Positions 16,248 through 20,000 of a DNA stretch of 20,000 nt are shown here, piece after piece (position 1 is the first letter of the stretch; every line of letters begins with the position of its first letter). Below the pieces are notes generated by a model. It saw only the letters and a list, made by a program, of their open reading frames with translations, made no database searches and was not told the DNA's origin. This stretch comes from an uncultured virus (IMG/VR IMGVR_UViG_3300023184_000084). Lineage: Duplodnaviria > Heunggongvirae > Uroviricota > Caudoviricetes. The position numbers were made by a program, and so were the translations under genes. Location: the IMG/VR virus record IMGVR_UViG_3300023184_000084, one strand, 5' to 3'.

Positions 16248-16511
16248 TCAGTCCTGTTGGATGCCTAGTCTTTCTAAATACTTCTCTTTTTCGCTCATTA
16301 GGTACTCTTCAATGCGTTTATATTGAATTTGAGTCTGTTCTTCAGTTGCTTTAACTTGTTCTTCAGTCATTTCTCCACTTAGTTCTTTAAAGGTTTGGAC
16401 AGCAATGTCTAATTGATTTTTAATCAAGGCTGATTTTAATTGAGCCTGATTCCACAGGAATTCGGCATGTTCTTCTTTTCTTTGTTTCTTTTTATCTTGA
16501 GTCTTAGACAT
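16248..16511 (-). CDS. Hypothetical coiled-coil protein
   Basis: Likely start is ATG 16511, 6 nt after an extended -10 TGGTAGGCT; charged helical sequence. Confidence 0.7.
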   Translation of the reverse strand: MSKTQDKKKQRKEEHAEFLWNQAQLKSALIKNQLDIAVQTFKELSGEMTEEQVKATEEQTQIQYKRIEEYLMSEKEKYLERLGIQQD

Positions 16512-16536
16512 ACTCAAAGCCTACCATAAGTTTAAA

Positions 16537-16568
16537 TGAGCAGTTTTTGCGTCCTCATGCTCAGGAGG
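16537..16568 (-). other. Candidate H-type RNA pseudoknot
   Basis: Minus strand CCTC-C-TGAGCA-T-GAGG-ACGCAAAAAC-TGCTCA: stem 1 CCTC/GAGG, stem 2 TGAGCA/TGCTCA, A-rich loop 3. Confidence 0.5.
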
Positions 16569-16592
16569 CTCATATTAAGTTGTAGGGGAATA

Positions 16593-17558
16593 CTACTTAA
16601 TAGTCTTTAGTTTGTACTTCTTAGCCAACTTGTTATACAAGGCTTTTAGACTTGCAATTGCTGCATTTAGATCAGCAATCTGCTTAGTAGCAGTTGCGGT
16701 GGCTGAGTCATAGGCTGCTTTATCAGCGGCACGACCAACCTTTTCTGCTGCGAGTGCTGCTTGGACTGCTGCTAACTCACCTGCAAGATCACGAATAGCA
16801 ATGTTCTTGCTAACTGATCCAACAGGAGTTGACATGCCAGCAATTGCAGTAGCAACAGTTGCATAAACAATTACAGTAACTTGACCTGCTGCTGGGATTG
16901 CTACATCAAATGTTTTAGTTCCATTTGTTGCTGTAACAGAGTCAGTAGTTAATGTAGTTGCACTTGCGGTTGATCCATTGCTTACAACAGCGTTAATAGA
17001 TGCTCCACCTTTTAAGTTTCCAAATACATCGTATCCAGTTACCTTTAATGATTGAGTGCTTCCAGCCGCTGCTGATTCTGGTGCAGTTAATGCAATTGCA
17101 TTAAGAGCGCCAGCAGTACCTTGTACATAATATGTGGTTGTGTTTCCACCAATTGTTACGGATACAGTTCCAACTGCAGTTGTTTTTGTGTAAACAAAAA
17201 TATCAGCGGTTGTACCAGTACCTGTACTAATAGAAAGATTTGCAGTTCCTGATGCTGAAGTAACTGGTGCAACAGATGTTGCTACCGCTGGTACTAATGT
17301 TGCATTAGTTGCAACAGCAGTAACAACTGTACCTGTATCTAAACCTGTTACAGCAATTTTTAATGCATCTGCTAAATCAACACTATTATCTGCTGGAACT
17401 GGAAGTGCTACAGGAGCAATTGCTGCTGTACCTCCAGTTGCTGCTGATCCATTAACGGTCAGTGTTGTTGCTGCGGCTGCATTTGCTGATGGAACTAAAA
17501 GAACTGTGCTTGTCAATGCTGCAGCACAGACAAGTGCGATTTTTTTCAGTGATATCAC
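16593..17558 (-). CDS. Secreted Ala/Thr/Val-rich surface protein (Ig-like beta domains + C-terminal coiled coil)
   Basis: TAAGGAG RBS; classic Sec signal peptide MISLKKIALVCAAALTSTVLLVPSANA; VTGYDVFGN bacterial Ig-like motif; C-terminal IADLNAAIASLKALYNKLAKK helix. Confidence 0.8.
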   Translation of the reverse strand: MISLKKIALVCAAALTSTVLLVPSANAAAATTLTVNGSAATGGTAAIAPVALPVPADNSVDLADALKIAVTGLDTGTVVTAVATNATLVPAVATSVAPVTSASGTANLSISTGTGTTADIFVYTKTTAVGTVSVTIGGNTTTYYVQGTAGALNAIALTAPESAAAGSTQSLKVTGYDVFGNLKGGASINAVVSNGSTASATTLTTDSVTATNGTKTFDVAIPAAGQVTVIVYATVATAIAGMSTPVGSVSKNIAIRDLAGELAAVQAALAAEKVGRAADKAAYDSATATATKQIADLNAAIASLKALYNKLAKKYKLKTIK

Positions 17559-17766
17559 TTAGTTGTGTCTCCTTAAAATAGGCTCACGATGGAGTCTTTA
17601 AATACCTTATCTTCTTACATCTAATAAGACACTGAAGGAGTCGAAATGTTGTTGAAAGTGTTAAAAATAGTAAAAGAACAGTATCTACAATAGACGTTGT
17701 TATTTTAATACATGTCTATGTTTATATCAGGAGTAACTTTTATAAAGTTTAATAATCCTACAAAAG

Positions 17767-18312
17767 TTACTTAAGTTGTTCCTTTTCAATGTATGGACCT
17801 GAAGTAAAGGCTGTAAGTTTTGCAGCAATTTCCATAGCCTTCATTGGTTTAACTCCAGCATGTAACGCACCCAAGGCATAGGTAGCCCCAGAACCAACAG
17901 CATATTTGCCATCCATACTTCTCATTACCGAAAGATCTTGGTCAATATCAAAGATCTCGCCACCAACAGCCATTAAAAATTGAAACCTTAATCCTTCTTT
18001 AGATTTGTCATGGTCCTCGTTAAAATCATATCCATTTTCAGTTAGACATTTCCTAAAGGAAGGCATTGCCTTTGCAATCATGAAGTGATAGATATCTTTT
18101 GCATCTTTGGCGGTTAATTTTGGCGGATTCCAAATGTGCTGAGCAATATCACAAGGAGATACTTCTCCAGAACCAGCAATTATAAAATCACCACGCTCTG
18201 AAATTTTTGCCATGTCTGGATGTCGATAGATACGACCACTTTCATCTGTTACTTGATTGTCTGCTAACAAGATGCATCGGTCTTCGTACTGTACTCCGAT
18301 GATGGTTGTCAT
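17767..18312 (-). CDS. Proteasome beta-subunit / HslV-like Ntn-hydrolase peptidase
   Basis: Starts MTTIIGV (N-terminal Thr nucleophile after Met removal), with AD-x-QVT, K at position 36, IAGSG, YAVGSGATYALGAL and AAKLTAFTSGP. GAAGGGGG RBS. Confidence 0.85.
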   Translation of the reverse strand: MTTIIGVQYEDRCILLADNQVTDESGRIYRHPDMAKISERGDFIIAGSGEVSPCDIAQHIWNPPKLTAKDAKDIYHFMIAKAMPSFRKCLTENGYDFNEDHDKSKEGLRFQFLMAVGGEIFDIDQDLSVMRSMDGKYAVGSGATYALGALHAGVKPMKAMEIAAKLTAFTSGPYIEKEQLK

Positions 18313-18389
18313 TGGGCACCCCCTTCAGTAGAAAGCCCCCCAAGAATACCAGAAGGTTCTTAGAGGGCCATAGGGGTAATTTGTCCGAT

Positions 18390-19130
18390 TTATAGGAATT
18401 TGACCAATTCTGCCCAAGTCTTAGGACCAACAATGCCGTTAGAGTCCAAAATCTTATGGTTATCTTGGAATGCGATTACAGCCTTCTTTGTGGCTGGACC
18501 ATAGTCTCCATCAGCCACTAATCCAAGAGCACGTTGAACAACCTTAACGCTGTTGCCTTTACTTCCAGGTTTAACAGTTCCTGGGAAAGGTGGTGTCTCT
18601 ATGACAGGGACACTTGCTTCAACTTCGTTGCCAACATAGTTTGGCCGACCAAACCCAACAACAGATACCATGACCTTCTTCTTATTAGGTATATACCCAC
18701 GAACCTTTTTACAAACTTCTCCGCCATTACGTTGATCACCTTTTGCATTTCCTGCAGTATTACCCTCAATGCAGGTAACTGTTCCATCTCCATTGTTAGA
18801 TACAACAATACCTACGTGAGAAATTCTATCTACACCATCTCCTGGAAAATCAAAATAGGCTATGTCTCCTGGTTTTGGAGAGGCATCCTTTGCATCTACC
18901 CAGGTGCCCATCTTTCTAAACGCAGTTGCGCCAGCCACAGTTGAGACGGTATTAGGAACCTTTACACCTGCCTGATTTGCACACCACATAACAAATGAGC
19001 CACACCAAGGTAGAAAGTCTGCCTTAGTAAATTTGCCATACTTAGTCTCATTATCTTTTGGACCTTCAATTGTGCCAACTTCTTTTTCAGCAACCTCAAT
19101 AATGGCTGCTGCTGTTCCTTTGTCTGCCAT
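18390..19130 (-). CDS. Endolysin: CHAP domain + C-terminal peptidoglycan-binding domain
   Basis: Start ATG 19130 with AAAGGAG RBS (246 aa). CHAP catalytic motifs PWCGSFV, SHVGIV and IEGN; PG_binding_1 repeats DGDYGPATKKAVIAFQ and NGIVGPKTW. Confidence 0.9.
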   Translation of the reverse strand: MADKGTAAAIIEVAEKEVGTIEGPKDNETKYGKFTKADFLPWCGSFVMWCANQAGVKVPNTVSTVAGATAFRKMGTWVDAKDASPKPGDIAYFDFPGDGVDRISHVGIVVSNNGDGTVTCIEGNTAGNAKGDQRNGGEVCKKVRGYIPNKKKVMVSVVGFGRPNYVGNEVEASVPVIETPPFPGTVKPGSKGNSVKVVQRALGLVADGDYGPATKKAVIAFQDNHKILDSNGIVGPKTWAELVKFL

Positions 19131-19179
19131 ATGGCTCCTTTCGTAAAAGGCTATTGTCTCAGTGTGATAGGTTTGGCAC

Positions 19180-19704
19180 ATGGCAAAAATCGTAGAACTA
19201 ACAAAAGATGAGATTCGAGTCTGTGCCCAGTTGGGCATGGAACGCTGGTTAATGAAGTGGGGCAGTGAAGATCGCCCTAACTATGCTGAAGGCAAACGCC
19301 AAGGTTGGCTAGAGTATGAGTTAAACGCAAACATTAGATCAAATGTTGCAGAGTATGCAGTTGCTAAACTTTACAAAATGCCGTGGACAGTTCCTTGGTA
19401 CACAAATGAAGAGCATAAGAACCGTATAGATCACCCAGATGTTGGACAAAATATTGAGGTTCGTTGTGTTAGAACTAAAGATGCTATTCCTGTATGGAGT
19501 AAGGATGTAAATAAGAACGCCATAATTGTTGGTACTAGAATTTACGACCTAGAGTACTTTTCTTCAGTAGAGATATATGGCTGGCTACCAGTATCAGAGT
19601 GTCAGAGAGATGAGTGGTGGTCGCAAGAAAAATCAGGAACTTGTTGGAGAGTTCCAGTAGATCAGTTTAGGGACGGAATACCTTCACTTATTGAAATTGT
19701 TTAA
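19180..19704 (+). CDS. Hypothetical protein, possible PD-(D/E)xK-fold nuclease-like
   Basis: 174 aa. AEYAVAK...PDVGQNIEVR..R and IYGWL resemble restriction-endonuclease-like phage proteins. Leaderless candidate (TGATAGGTT-6 nt-ATG). Confidence 0.6.
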   Translation: MAKIVELTKDEIRVCAQLGMERWLMKWGSEDRPNYAEGKRQGWLEYELNANIRSNVAEYAVAKLYKMPWTVPWYTNEEHKNRIDHPDVGQNIEVRCVRTKDAIPVWSKDVNKNAIIVGTRIYDLEYFSSVEIYGWLPVSECQRDEWWSQEKSGTCWRVPVDQFRDGIPSLIEIV

Positions 19705-20000
19705 AGTGTCCAGGATGAATATTGGTAGGCACATACTCTTTGCCCATACGCTCTTCATGACTTCCCTTATCGGTGAAGTTAGTCATCATGGCTAGATGAC
19801 CACCTAGAGAACTTTCTTTTCGTTCACCTAATCCTGGCTGACGATAAACTGTTACGGGCACATGGGAAACGCCCTCTGCCATTGCAGCCTCTAATCTATG
19901 ATGACCCTCACCAACAACGCCCCATTTATTAGCGTGATCATATGCAACCATAATTGGATTGTTAATACCTTTGCCACTCTTAATATCGGCCCTAATTCCA
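19688..20000 (-). CDS. ParB/Sulfiredoxin-like domain protein (partial, starts beyond window end)
   Basis: The frame stays open from the track's ATG to the window end (GIRADIKSGKGINNPIMV...). VVGEGHHRLEAAMAEGVSHVPV is the ParB-N GxxR motif. Confidence 0.8.
   Translation of the reverse strand, partial: GIRADIKSGKGINNPIMVAYDHANKWGVVGEGHHRLEAAMAEGVSHVPVTVYRQPGLGERKESSLGGHLAMMTNFTDKGSHEERMGKEYVPTNIHPGHFKQFQ

Noticed and set aside
15779..18944. ORFs 15779-16078 (+), 18534-18944 (+), 18242-18433 (-), 18599-18808 (-)
   Set aside because: They overlap the membrane protein, endolysin or peptidase genes in other frames or strands and have no independent support.
19131..19238. N-terminal extension of the endolysin ORF in the track
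   Set aside because: It overlaps the divergent plus-strand gene, and the AAAGGAG RBS points to ATG 19130.
1..20000. tRNA genes, CRISPR arrays, introns/inteins, IS elements, stop-codon recoding
   Set aside because: No cloverleaf or repeat-spacer pattern was seen by eye. TerL, portal and MCP are uninterrupted and of normal length, and TAA, TAG and TGA all end genes at sensible positions.

Overview
This is a segment of a tailed dsDNA bacteriophage genome (Caudoviricetes), moderately AT-rich and almost entirely on the minus strand. Read in transcription direction (right to left), it opens with an accessory, envelope and lysis region. That region holds a partial ParB-like protein, a CHAP + peptidoglycan-binding endolysin, a proteasome-beta/HslV-like Ntn peptidase, two large secreted proteins, a lipoprotein + membrane protein pair, several small Zn-finger proteins (one FmdB-type), a holin-like gene, and DUF3263-like, PASTA-like and KTSC-domain proteins. 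The head module follows: terminase large subunit, portal, scaffold, major capsid protein and a head-tail adaptor-like protein. The gene content and the apparent leaderless promoters suggest a phage of low-GC (freshwater-type) Actinobacteria; this is inference. Four CDSs missing from the ORF track were found by hand translation (1-224, 12059-12223, 15369-15509, 15509-15688). The most unusual signals are four: hairpins carrying anti-Shine-Dalgarno sequences upstream of four head-module genes, a compact H-type pseudoknot at 16537-16568, a phage-encoded cell-surface protein cluster, and a split PASTA domain. No tRNA, CRISPR array or mobile element was seen. All family assignments come from motif recognition by eye; no searches were run.
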